NCBI GenBank assembly: GCA_021789975.1
Contig: JAJYIT010000009.1
Span: 14,557-78,556, forward strand
Direction: 5' to 3'
Origin: Bacteroidota bacterium
GTDB taxonomy: Bacteria > Bacteroidota > Ignavibacteria > Kryptoniales > JAKASW01
Length of the DNA stretch: 64,000 bases
This document shows, in pieces, positions 41,244 through 51,080 of the stretch. The notes under the pieces are model-generated. The model saw only the letters and a program-made list of their open reading frames with translations. It searched no databases and was not told the origin of the DNA. Each line of letters opens with the position of its first letter. The first letter of the stretch is position 1. The position numbers and the translations under genes are program-made.

Positions 41244-42473
41244 GTGCCAAGCAAAATAAGTGCCGTCCAGCTTTCTCCATTCTCCCGTCAATATAATGCA
41301 TCCTCTATCTTTGCCCATATTTTCCATCGCGGTCCCGTTACCCAAAGGGAAATTTCAAAAACTGCCGGGCTGAGTTTCGCGACAGTTACATCTGTCGTTT
41401 CCCCCTTGGAGAAACTGGGGATCATTCAGCGAAGCACCGCCTCGTCGACAAACACTGGGCGCCCGGCAGGACTCTACAAGTGCAATCCAACGTATCGGCA
41501 TGTATTGGGGATAGAAGCTCGAAAGGATGAACTTTTCTTCATCCTATCCGATTTGCAGGGCCATGTGTTGAGCCAGAATTCCATTTCGTATGATAAGAAG
41601 ATTGGGAAGGAAGGTTTTCTCAATCTGCTGCTGCGCGAAACGAAAGATAAAATCGCAAGGGTTGGAGCGAAAGAGAATAAGCTCCTTGGCATAGGAATTG
41701 GAGTTGCCGGCTTGGTTAATCCGGCGAATGGGAGTGTTGCCATGCTGTCTCATCTCTCGAATTGGGGGAGCATTCCTCTGAGAGAGATCATGGAGGAGAA
41801 ATTCAAACTGAAAGTGTCGGTCCATAATCTTGCCGCTGCTGCTGCTCTTGGGGAGTCATGGTACGGCCTGGGTCGTGACAAGGCTAATTTCCTTTTTCTC
41901 AGTGTGACTGATGGTGTCGGGGGAGGAATATTTATAAACGACCAACTCTATACGGGCACGTCCGGAACGGCGGGTGAGTTCGGGCATATATCTGTGGACG
42001 ATCATGGCCCTGTTTGCACATGCGGTAATGTCGGGTGTCTTGAAACATTCACGAGCGTACCAGCCATTGTTCAAAGTGCGAGAAAATCAGTCTCAGACGG
42101 AGTCTCTTCCGCTATTAAAGAAATAGTGGGTGGAGATTTGGACAAAATCACATTCTCGACCCTTGTGGAAGCTGCGAAACGTGAAGACAAGCTGGCATAC
42201 AAGCTGTTTACGGACGTGGGACGATATCTGGGTGAAGGCATAGTCAGCCTGGTGAACTTGCTTAATCCGGAGATGATAGTCATCGGCGGAGATCTTGCAC
42301 AGGCAGGCAGCCTTATCCTCGATCCTGTGAACGATGTTTTGAAAAGGCAAGCGCTTGAAGTCCCTCGGAAGTCAGTCGAGATAGTTTTCAGTGGACTGGG
42401 AGACAGTGCAAGCGCACTTGGTTCAGTCGTTCCATTGATCGAGGAATTTATAACTTTGCCTCTGCTTGAGTGA
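41244..42473 (+). CDS. ROK-family transcriptional regulator (NagC/Mlc/XylR-like)
   Basis: N-terminal wHTH (VTQREISKTAGLSFATVTSVVSPL), ROK sugar-kinase-like body (GIGVAGLVN, GTSGTAGEFGH) and the Zn-binding motif CTCGNVGCLE. Confidence 0.85.
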   Translation: MPSKISAVQLSPFSRQYNASSIFAHIFHRGPVTQREISKTAGLSFATVTSVVSPLEKLGIIQRSTASSTNTGRPAGLYKCNPTYRHVLGIEARKDELFFILSDLQGHVLSQNSISYDKKIGKEGFLNLLLRETKDKIARVGAKENKLLGIGIGVAGLVNPANGSVAMLSHLSNWGSIPLREIMEEKFKLKVSVHNLAAAAALGESWYGLGRDKANFLFLSVTDGVGGGIFINDQLYTGTSGTAGEFGHISVDDHGPVCTCGNVGCLETFTSVPAIVQSARKSVSDGVSSAIKEIVGGDLDKITFSTLVEAAKREDKLAYKLFTDVGRYLGEGIVSLVNLLNPEMIVIGGDLAQAGSLILDPVNDVLKRQALEVPRKSVEIVFSGLGDSASALGSVVPLIEEFITLPLLE

Positions 42474-42526
42474 ATAAGAATCGCTCGATTTAGATAGGCA
42501 CAGACAGATTTGATGGAGTAGCTCGA

Positions 42527-45064
42527 ATGAAGAACTGGTATATAACGGGGTCCTTACTACTCTTACTTGTTAGGGGACCTGCTCTAGGGAACGACTTGCC
42601 GAATCCCGAGACTCGTGGCGTGTGGATTAGTGAGGACTACTTGACGGGCGGGCCAAGTGCAATCAACTCAATGATGAGGACGATAAGCGACGAGAACTTC
42701 AACGTTGTCTACGTCGAGGTGTATTCCCATGGTTCAACGATCTATCCAAGTGCGGTAATGAGCAACGCGGGAGGAGTCGTCCAGAACCATACCTTTGCAG
42801 GGACCGATCCGTTGAGTACCATTATTCAAATTGCTCACAATTATGGAATAGAAGTCTTCGCATGGTTTGCGAGTCCTTTCCTCCTTTCTCAGAACAGCGA
42901 CTCGACGCAAGTTCCGGCAATCCTTGTGAAACATCCCGACTGGTCTTTTGTACAACGCGATACAACGAAACATTATTACCCGCCGCACGGTGATTATGGA
43001 TACTCATTTGAACTGGATCCGAATGTTCCTGCGGTTGCAAACTTTGTGGCAGAACTCTTCACCGAATGTGCAAAAGATCATCCGGACCTTGATGGGATTG
43101 AAAATGATATGGAAAATGACACTACCGGCTCGTACTCCGAGATCGCCCGAACCCGCTTCATGGAGGAGACCGGCAATCCTGATCCTCTGACTTTACCGGA
43201 CACCAACTCCGCATGGCTGGCGTGGCGGTGTCTTCAGGTGACTAACATCGTCAAAGGTATTTACCAAGGTGTGAAAAGTGTCAACCCGCAATGCGTAGTG
43301 AGCGCTGCCGTTGATCCACCATACTATGGTGTGAAGATAGAATCGTGGGACGTTTGGGCCAAGGACAGCTACGACGATATCCTGGAGCCTATGCTGTATC
43401 TGCCGACAAGCATCTTCGATTCACAGACAGAATGGTGCGTAGGCAACGTGCCATCTGGTTTCAAGCTGTCGGCCGGCGTAGCGATCAATTCTGCAGGGTC
43501 GGTAGCAAATGCTGTCTACGAAATGCGAGATGCAAGAAAGAGAGGTCTCAGCGGGATCGTCGTCTGGTACTACGGATATCTGCTCACATATGCTAATGCT
43601 CTTACGGATTTGAAATCTCAGATGTTTCCTGAGAAGGCTCTTCCAAGTTTTGACGACCTCTTGATTGACGACTCAGACCAGGGACAATTTCGCACAACGG
43701 GTTCATGGGATACCGCCGCCGGGGGTTATGAAGGGACTTATCATTCTGCACCAGCAGTTGCAGGTGACACCGCCGTCTTTTCACAACGCATTCTTCGAAG
43801 TGGAAGCTATACTCTTTACGGTTTTTGGTCGGGTGATTCGAGTACTAACTGCAATGTCGCGATCGTGCAAACGAGCTCGAGCGGATCCGTCAAGTCAGAC
43901 AGCATTAACGAGAGGGAGGATTTGAGTTCCTGGACCTATATCGACAAATTTGATTTAACATCAGGGGACACTGTGACGATCAAATTGTCCGGAACCGATG
44001 GTGAAAATTTGATCGCCGATGCGTTTAGGTTGAGAAGGGGCACCCCTTTTATCATGGATGACTACGCAGTTCCCGATAGTCAGTCAATCCTGCTGAAGTT
44101 CTCCGATCCGCTTCTTACACCGATGGCTTCTATAACTTCCGTATCCGCATCTCCTCCAGAAAGTGGTGTTAGTGCCTTCGTGGATGCGAGTGATAATACG
44201 ATTCTGCACGTTGTGATGCCTCCTTTGCAACAAGGTGTTCCACTGACCCTTGATGTAAAGAAATTGCTTGATGCATCCTATGATACATTGAGCTTTTCGC
44301 AGGTAGTCGCTTACAATCCCGACAGTACAACACTCATCATTGATGATGGAACGGCTAATGGCTTTTGGAAGTTGTCCGGCGCCTGGCAGGAAGACACAAG
44401 CGAGTCTGCAATTACCGGGAGCTATTGGGCGGCGAAGCAAGGAGCGCAGACGGACCGAATAAGGTGGGGACCTATTGAGGTGAAGGAGGATGGATATTAC
44501 GACTTGTATGCGCATATACCGAAGAGTAACGCACTTCTATCGACGAGGTGCCTTTATGTTATCAATGACGAGTACGGCACCGATTCTGTGTACGCCTCGC
44601 AGGCGGCCGCTGCCGGAACATGGATGGAGCTTGGCAATCTGCCCTTCACTGCAGGAGAACAGTTCGCTCCGTCGCTGACCTCATTGGCGGGGTCTGATAC
44701 CGGTCAATACCTCGTGGCAGACGCTGTCATGTTGACCCGGTCCGTGGAGTTTGCGACTGTTATCGACAACGCGCCGAAGTCTGCGAACGATTTCATGATC
44801 TACCAGAATTATCCAAACCCTTTTAATCCTCAGACAGTGATCCCGTTCAAGCTTGGAGGAAAGGCCGAAGTAAACGTGGTCGTGTACGATGTCCTCGGCC
44901 AAGAAATATCTCAGCTGCTTGATGACAAGACATTAGGCGCCGGAACATGGGACATCCGGTTTAACGGCTCACTACTTCCGAGTGGTATTTACTTTGCCCT
45001 GGTAACAATAAAAGGAAGCACCTACGAGAATCGAAAGATTCTGAAGATGCTCCTCTTGAAATAA
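42527..45064 (+). CDS. Secreted GHL10/DUF187-like TIM-barrel protein with two beta-sandwich modules, an Ig-like linker and a T9SS C-terminal sorting domain (paralog A)
   Basis: Signal peptide. ETRGVWIS...NFNVVYVEVYSHGSTIYPS...AWFASPFL...DGIENDMEND resembles glycosyl-hydrolase-like family 10. C-terminus YQNYPNPFNPQTVIPF...VYDVLGQE...GIYFALV...KMLLLK is a T9SS CTD. Confidence 0.75.
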   Translation: MKNWYITGSLLLLLVRGPALGNDLPNPETRGVWISEDYLTGGPSAINSMMRTISDENFNVVYVEVYSHGSTIYPSAVMSNAGGVVQNHTFAGTDPLSTIIQIAHNYGIEVFAWFASPFLLSQNSDSTQVPAILVKHPDWSFVQRDTTKHYYPPHGDYGYSFELDPNVPAVANFVAELFTECAKDHPDLDGIENDMENDTTGSYSEIARTRFMEETGNPDPLTLPDTNSAWLAWRCLQVTNIVKGIYQGVKSVNPQCVVSAAVDPPYYGVKIESWDVWAKDSYDDILEPMLYLPTSIFDSQTEWCVGNVPSGFKLSAGVAINSAGSVANAVYEMRDARKRGLSGIVVWYYGYLLTYANALTDLKSQMFPEKALPSFDDLLIDDSDQGQFRTTGSWDTAAGGYEGTYHSAPAVAGDTAVFSQRILRSGSYTLYGFWSGDSSTNCNVAIVQTSSSGSVKSDSINEREDLSSWTYIDKFDLTSGDTVTIKLSGTDGENLIADAFRLRRGTPFIMDDYAVPDSQSILLKFSDPLLTPMASITSVSASPPESGVSAFVDASDNTILHVVMPPLQQGVPLTLDVKKLLDASYDTLSFSQVVAYNPDSTTLIIDDGTANGFWKLSGAWQEDTSESAITGSYWAAKQGAQTDRIRWGPIEVKEDGYYDLYAHIPKSNALLSTRCLYVINDEYGTDSVYASQAAAAGTWMELGNLPFTAGEQFAPSLTSLAGSDTGQYLVADAVMLTRSVEFATVIDNAPKSANDFMIYQNYPNPFNPQTVIPFKLGGKAEVNVVVYDVLGQEISQLLDDKTLGAGTWDIRFNGSLLPSGIYFALVTIKGSTYENRKILKMLLLK

Positions 45065-45247
45065 CCATAAAGAATGCCTATGCGAATGAGTATGTATGGT
45101 GGTACAGCTACGTATTTGAGGTGAGATAATGATGACCCGTGCCCGTAAGATCCTGAAAAGTCCCGGTCTAAACGAATAGCCTAGACACGGCGGCCGTTAC
45201 ACCCGGGCGCATCGACATTTCGGTGTCAACCAAAAAGGAGAAAAGAC

Positions 45248-48200
45248 ATGAAAAGTTCTATCGATACTTTAAGAAGAGCTTTATCTGCTCCGATAGCAGC
45301 GTTTGCGGCAGTGCTTTTTTTATGGATTTTGATGTACAGTCGTGGATGGGCCCAACAGGTGTTTGCCGGACCGGACGGTTATTCGGCTTGTGCGATTGAC
45401 GCTAACGGCAATCTCTACACGTGGGGAATAGACCAATATTCACATACCGTCGTCACAGGTCCAGGCGGTAATGCGCAGGATCTGATTCCGGTGCAGGTTC
45501 CATTTCCGATTGGTGTGACAACATGGACGTCGGCATCTGTGGGCTATCTTTTCACCTTGGCAGTGGGTAACGACGGAAACGTTTATGCTTGGGGTCTCAA
45601 TTCTAGTGGTCAGCTAGGCAACGGGACAACAACGAATTCAAATACACCTGTGATGGTCAATTTACCCGGCGGAGTAAAAGCAAGGGCAGTGGCCGCAGGA
45701 ACCGCATTCGGCCTGGCCCTCGGCAGCGATGGCAATGTGTATGCGTGGGGGCTCAACTCTGGTGGCCAATTAGGCGACAGCACCACCACGAATTCATTCT
45801 TGCCTGTAATGGTCAAGATGCCCAGCGGGGTGACGGCGACCGCGATATTCGCCGGACCCGCTTTCAGCTTAGCTATCGGCAGCGACGGCAACACCTACGC
45901 GTGGGGAAGCAATGGGACGGGGCAGCTGGGAGATAGCACCACCACAAATTCGAGTATACCGGTTAGAACTCTGATGCCTGGTGGAGTGACAGCCACTGCG
46001 ATATCTGCCGGATCTTCCTTCAGTTTGGCAGTCGGCAGTGACGGAAACGTCTACGCGTGGGGTGGGAATGGTTTTGGACAATTAGGCAATGGCACAAAGA
46101 CAAACTCCAGCGTACCCCTTAAAGTTGACTTACCCAGTGGAGTAACGGCAAAGGCTGTGGCAGGAGGAAGACTCTTTGCTTCAGCAGTCGGAAGTGATGG
46201 AAACCTATACGCATGGGGAGACAACCTGTATGGCGAATTGGGTAACGACACTGTTGATGTACCGGCGAGCAATAGTTTACCGACCGTAGTGAAGCTTCCC
46301 GCCGGTGTCAGCGCAGAGGGAGTAACTGCAATACGCTGGTCCGGTTATGCTCTAGGAAGTAACGACAGCGTTTACGCGTGGGGGTACAACCAGGAAGGTG
46401 AGCTGGGAATAGGTACAAAAACAGGCGCGCCGAAATATGGGATAGCAACACCAACTGCGGACTCCGGGCTTGTTCTGGCCTTACCAGAAGTGCCAACCCT
46501 CCTGTCGCCGGCGAATGGCGCAATCAACCAGCCGACAACCACGGTGCTCACTTGGAGCAAATCTCCTGACGCTAACGGATACCAATGCGAAGTTTCACTC
46601 GATCCAACATTCACGACTCAGATTCTTTTGAACGATTCCACCTTGACGGATACTACTGATACCGCCAATGGCATGGCTACGGGGACCGTATACTATTGGC
46701 GCGTGCGTTCATACAACAGCACAATCTCGAGTGCGTTTTCCTCCGTATATTCCTTCACCACCAGCGCCCCATCTGCCACCGGACCGGAAATCATTGCCGG
46801 CCCTGACGGTTATTCAGCTTGTGTGATTGAGCCAAACGGCAAGCTTTACACATGGGGGATAGATCAGTATTCACATACGGTTGTCACCGGACCAAGTGGT
46901 AATGCACAAGATCTGACTCCAGTGCAGGTGGGATTTCCAAGTGGGGTTACAAGTTGGACATCTGCATCCGTGGGCTATCTTTTCACTTTAGCTATCGGTA
47001 ACAATGGTCAGGCTTATGCGTGGGGTCTCAACTCGAACGGCCAATTGGGAAACGGCACCACGACGAATTCCAACACACCAGTGCCTGTTGATTTGCCGAC
47101 CGGAGTGACTGCAAAGGCGGTATCGGCTGGGGAAGCTTTCGGTCTGGCCCTCGGCAGCGACGGCAATGTCTACGCATGGGGTCTCAACTCCAGCGGTCAG
47201 TTGGGCGACAGCACAACGGCAAGTTCCACCGCACCTGTGATTGTCAAATTGCCCAAAGGTGTGACTGCGACTGCGATATTTGCTGCACCAACTTTCGGCT
47301 TAGCGCTTGGCAACGATGGAAATGTTTATGGTTGGGGCACGAATTCGACGGGTCAGTTAGGTGACAGCACTACCACAAATTCCACCGTGCCTGTGGTAGC
47401 CAAGTTTCCGCGCGGTGTGAAAGCAACCGCGATATCTGCCGGATCATCGTTCAGCTTGGCGATAGGAAGCGACGGAAACGCCTACGCATGGGGTGGAAAT
47501 GGCTTTGAACAATTAGGGAACGGCACAAGTGCCAATTCCAGCGTACCTGTTAAAGTTGATTTACCAAGTGGAGTAACAGCTAAGGCAGTGGCTGGTGGAA
47601 GACTATTTTCTCTGGCCGTCGGCAGTGATGGCAACGCCTATGCCTGGGGGAATAATCTCTACGGACAATTAGGGGATGATAGTGTAAACGTGCCAGCAAA
47701 CGTCGGTATCCCCTCAGTGATCAGGCTGCCGAGTGGTGTGACTGCAACAGGGGTGGCCGGGATCCGCTTTTCTGCTTATGCATCTGCAAGCAATGATAGC
47801 GTCTACGCCTGGGGATATAATCAAGAGGGTGAACTTGGCCTCGGCATCAAAACGGGCGGCCCGAAGTACGGGATAGCAACACCCATGAGTATTTCTTTTG
47901 CCTCTGCGTTTTCGCCGGCGATCCCAACGCTTTTGTCGCCTGCAAATAATTCCGTTGACCAGCCGACTACAGTCGTGTTGAATTGGAACAAATCTGCTGG
48001 TGCAACAGGTTATCAATGCCAAGTCTCACTCGGTCCGACATTTTCCACGACGCTTGTTGCAGACGACTCAGCGTTGACGGACACTATGGACACTGTCTCG
48101 GGACTCACCGGTGGCACGACGTATTACTGGCGGGTTCGCTCGTACAATAACGTCGGCGCAAGCGCGTTTTCTGTAGCTGACTCATTCACAACGACGTCAG

Positions 48201-49105
48201 CTGCCCTTGGGACACCTGTTCTGGCTTTGCCATTGAACAATGCAACTTTCCAACGGGCGGATACTCTCGTACTAATGTGGAATAAGGTGGTAGGCGCGAG
48301 CGGATATGAAATCCAACTGTCTGAGAGCCTGGAATTTTCGAGCCTTGTTGCGAACGACTCAACTGCCGATACCGCGCAAACGTTGACGGAATTAAACAAC
48401 TCTCAGAAATACTACTGGCGCGTGCTGGCATTCAATACAGGTGGAGCAGGCCCATTCTCATCGCTGGATTCTTTCACTACTATTATGGCCGTTCCGGCAA
48501 TGCCTGCACCTGTTTCACCAGCTTTTTCGACCACGGGAGTCCCGCGCGCTGTAACTTTTTCATGGCGGAGATCCACTCTCGCAAGCAAGTACGTATTCCA
48601 GGTTGCGTTGAGCTCGCAGATTTATACTTCCGGCGACTCAGCCGGTTATTTCCAGAGCGCGGTCTTCGATACAACTCTGGCGGACACTGCATTCAAATTG
48701 TCCACACCGCTTCAACCCACCACGATTTACTACTGGCATATCAATGCAGTAGACACTGCCGGGAATACCGGGTTCTCAACCGCCTGGGAGTTCAAGACCG
48801 GGACAGGCGTTGATGCTGTAAACGAGCCTAATGGTATTCCGAAAGCATTCAGTCTTTCGCAGAATTATCCGAATCCATTTAACCCATCGACTACCATCAG
48901 GTATTCCCTACCGAAGGCTCAGATGGTGACCCTGAGAGTCTATAATATTCTAGGTCAAGAGGTTGCCACGCTCGTCGACGCAGCACAGAATCCCGGGTAC
49001 TATGAAGTGAGCTTCAACGCCGACCGTTTTGCAAGTGGCGTGTACTTCTATGTTTTGCGGACTCAGAGCTTCAGCTCGATACATAAGATGTTATTATTGA
49101 AATGA
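45248..49105 (+). CDS. Secreted double RCC1-repeat beta-propeller protein with FN3-like modules and a T9SS sorting domain (RCC1-A)
   Basis: AAGGAG RBS and signal peptide. Two sets of ~7 blades of the form DGN.YAWG.N..GQLG..TT.NS..PV. Repeated ~85-aa modules have the pattern LSP.N......L.W......Y..Q.S....F....YYWRV. C-terminal QNYPNPFNPSTTIRY...VYNILGQEV...GVYFYVL...KMLLLK. Confidence 0.85.
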   Translation: MKSSIDTLRRALSAPIAAFAAVLFLWILMYSRGWAQQVFAGPDGYSACAIDANGNLYTWGIDQYSHTVVTGPGGNAQDLIPVQVPFPIGVTTWTSASVGYLFTLAVGNDGNVYAWGLNSSGQLGNGTTTNSNTPVMVNLPGGVKARAVAAGTAFGLALGSDGNVYAWGLNSGGQLGDSTTTNSFLPVMVKMPSGVTATAIFAGPAFSLAIGSDGNTYAWGSNGTGQLGDSTTTNSSIPVRTLMPGGVTATAISAGSSFSLAVGSDGNVYAWGGNGFGQLGNGTKTNSSVPLKVDLPSGVTAKAVAGGRLFASAVGSDGNLYAWGDNLYGELGNDTVDVPASNSLPTVVKLPAGVSAEGVTAIRWSGYALGSNDSVYAWGYNQEGELGIGTKTGAPKYGIATPTADSGLVLALPEVPTLLSPANGAINQPTTTVLTWSKSPDANGYQCEVSLDPTFTTQILLNDSTLTDTTDTANGMATGTVYYWRVRSYNSTISSAFSSVYSFTTSAPSATGPEIIAGPDGYSACVIEPNGKLYTWGIDQYSHTVVTGPSGNAQDLTPVQVGFPSGVTSWTSASVGYLFTLAIGNNGQAYAWGLNSNGQLGNGTTTNSNTPVPVDLPTGVTAKAVSAGEAFGLALGSDGNVYAWGLNSSGQLGDSTTASSTAPVIVKLPKGVTATAIFAAPTFGLALGNDGNVYGWGTNSTGQLGDSTTTNSTVPVVAKFPRGVKATAISAGSSFSLAIGSDGNAYAWGGNGFEQLGNGTSANSSVPVKVDLPSGVTAKAVAGGRLFSLAVGSDGNAYAWGNNLYGQLGDDSVNVPANVGIPSVIRLPSGVTATGVAGIRFSAYASASNDSVYAWGYNQEGELGLGIKTGGPKYGIATPMSISFASAFSPAIPTLLSPANNSVDQPTTVVLNWNKSAGATGYQCQVSLGPTFSTTLVADDSALTDTMDTVSGLTGGTTYYWRVRSYNNVGASAFSVADSFTTTSAALGTPVLALPLNNATFQRADTLVLMWNKVVGASGYEIQLSESLEFSSLVANDSTADTAQTLTELNNSQKYYWRVLAFNTGGAGPFSSLDSFTTIMAVPAMPAPVSPAFSTTGVPRAVTFSWRRSTLASKYVFQVALSSQIYTSGDSAGYFQSAVFDTTLADTAFKLSTPLQPTTIYYWHINAVDTAGNTGFSTAWEFKTGTGVDAVNEPNGIPKAFSLSQNYPNPFNPSTTIRYSLPKAQMVTLRVYNILGQEVATLVDAAQNPGYYEVSFNADRFASGVYFYVLRTQSFSSIHKMLLLK
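45365..48226 (+). repeat. In-frame tandem duplication (2 x 1431 bp = 2 x 477 codons) inside RCC1-A
   Basis: GCCGGACCGGACGGTTATTCGGCTTGT at 45365 realigns with GCCGGCCCTGACGGTTATTCAGCTTGT at 46796. Similarity then continues through a whole propeller plus one FN3-like module. The copies are clearly diverged, with many third-position differences. Confidence 0.85.
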
Positions 49106-49232
49106 CCCGGAGGCCGACTCGCTTATCTATCATCACATGAAAAGTGAGTCGCACCTGGTATGAGTGCCGGTGCGCGTCTGTCGAACCGGCTTTCTAATCC
49201 AGTGGAAATTCATTGAGAGGAGGAATAGCACG

Positions 49233-51080
49233 ATGGAATCGATTGTTTTCTTGAGGAAGTTGCTCTCCATTTCGTCACTGATCTTTGCATTGTTCGTACT
49301 CTCGATCACATTAAGATGTGTGCGTGTCTCGGCACAGCAAGTTTTTGCTGCTCCGTCAGGTTACTCCGCGTGTGCGATCGACGCTAATGGGAACCTCTAT
49401 ACGTGGGGATGCGACAACTATAATCATACAGTTGTCTCCGCCAGGGCTCCGCAGGATCTTACCCCAGTCGAGGTAGCTTTACCCGCCGGGGTATCAAGTT
49501 GGGAGACCGCATCCCCAGGGGCCTATTACACTATAGCACTAGGCAGCGATGGCAACATCTTCGCATGGGGATACAACGCCAACGGTGAATTAGGAGACAG
49601 CAGCACAGCAAACAGCCCCACGCCCGTTAAGGTTGTTTTGCCGGCGGGAGTGACATCCTGGACTGCAATCGCAGCCGGCGATAGTTTCAATTTAGCAGTC
49701 GGAAATGACGGCAACCTCTATGCATGGGGAGCAAATTCTCAAGGCCAATTAGGTGACGATACGACGATGGAGTCTACCGTACCTGTAAAAGTTGATCTGC
49801 CATCCGGAGTGACGGCTACCAAAATTGCAGCTGGTGAGCAGTTTGCAGCGGTCATCGGATCCGATGGAAAAATCTATGTCTGGGGAACCAACGACAACGG
49901 ACAGCTGGGCACCGGCTCTTCCACCCCTGCTCGTTCCTCTGTACCTCTGCCCGTCAGTCTCCCTAACGGAATAACCCCGGTGGCTATTTCAACCGGCAGG
50001 AGTTTTTGTCTCGTCATCGGTAATGATGGGAACATTTACGGTTGGGGAGGCAATAGCAGCGGACAGTTGAATAACTCTGCTACTTTCGGAAAACTTGATT
50101 ACACGCCGGTTGTAGCCGCCAAACCCAGTGGAGTAACTTCGTGGAGAAAAGCCGTTGGAGGAGGTGAAGGTTTTTCACTCGGTATCGGTAGTGACGGGAA
50201 ACTTTATGCATGGGGGTACAACGGTCTCGGTGAATTGGGTATCGGCAGCACCGCTGCGACCAACGCCGCCAACGATTCGGCGCAGGCTGTGGTTTTGCCG
50301 CCGGGCGAAACTGTGCTGACGATGGCCGCAAGCGACTACTCTGACTATGCCATTGCCGGCGAAGGCGATACGCTTTATGCATGGGGGTACAACCAGCAGG
50401 GAGAAATCGGCAAGAATACTACGACGACAGATCAGTTATTGCCTACAAAAGTTCTGGGAGTCGGGGGAGTTGGGTACCTGACTCTATCGTCTGCACCATC
50501 GGCTCCTTCTTTAGTTTCACCGAATGACATAACCGGTGTCCCGCGAAGCGCGACCTTGATTTGGAATTCAGTTCACGGGGCCACAACGTATGAGTTGCAG
50601 GTGGCCACGGGAATCCACTTTTATTTTTCGTCCATTGTCGCTGATACGACTCTTCAGGATACCACTGTAACGCTGTCAAGTCCTCTTGCGTCTGTCACCA
50701 AATACTACTGGCGGGTTGTTGCCACCGGGAGCAATTTTACATCTCCATATTCCGCAGTCGATTCATTCACAACTGGCACGGGAATTACTGCTATCCAATT
50801 TGCGAATGAAACAGCGAGGAGGTTTGCCCTTTTTCAGAATTATCCCAATCCTTTTAACCCGACGACTGTCATCAGATATGATCTTCCAAAATCCGAGTTC
50901 GTTTCCCTATCAGTCTTCAATGTTCTTGGCCAGAGAGTTGCCACGCTTGTCGATGCTCCGAAAGCTTCCGGAGATTATCAGGTGTACTTTAGCGCCAACG
51001 GTTTGGCGAGTGGGACATACTTCTATACTCTCCAACAGGGACATAATGTCATCACAAGAAAGATGGTTCTTCTCAGATGA
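49233..51080 (+). CDS. Secreted RCC1-repeat beta-propeller protein with FN3-like module and T9SS sorting domain (RCC1-B, divergent)
   Basis: ATG 49233 lies 10 nt after GAGGAGG. Signal peptide LIFALFVLSITL...SAQQ. RCC1 blades (DGNIFAWGYNANGELGD, DGNLYAWGANSQGQLGD and others). CTD FQNYPNPFNPTTVIRY...VFNVLGQRV...GTYFYTL...KMVLLR. The track ORF starts at 49164. Confidence 0.85.
   Translation: MESIVFLRKLLSISSLIFALFVLSITLRCVRVSAQQVFAAPSGYSACAIDANGNLYTWGCDNYNHTVVSARAPQDLTPVEVALPAGVSSWETASPGAYYTIALGSDGNIFAWGYNANGELGDSSTANSPTPVKVVLPAGVTSWTAIAAGDSFNLAVGNDGNLYAWGANSQGQLGDDTTMESTVPVKVDLPSGVTATKIAAGEQFAAVIGSDGKIYVWGTNDNGQLGTGSSTPARSSVPLPVSLPNGITPVAISTGRSFCLVIGNDGNIYGWGGNSSGQLNNSATFGKLDYTPVVAAKPSGVTSWRKAVGGGEGFSLGIGSDGKLYAWGYNGLGELGIGSTAATNAANDSAQAVVLPPGETVLTMAASDYSDYAIAGEGDTLYAWGYNQQGEIGKNTTTTDQLLPTKVLGVGGVGYLTLSSAPSAPSLVSPNDITGVPRSATLIWNSVHGATTYELQVATGIHFYFSSIVADTTLQDTTVTLSSPLASVTKYYWRVVATGSNFTSPYSAVDSFTTGTGITAIQFANETARRFALFQNYPNPFNPTTVIRYDLPKSEFVSLSVFNVLGQRVATLVDAPKASGDYQVYFSANGLASGTYFYTLQQGHNVITRKMVLLR

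Noticed and set aside
45610-47364. Periodic ~150-160-bp repetition that could be mistaken for a repeat array or CRISPR.
   Set aside because: The periodicity is the RCC1 blade repeat inside a long intact coding frame. The repeat units are diverged, there are no unique spacers, and no cas genes are present.
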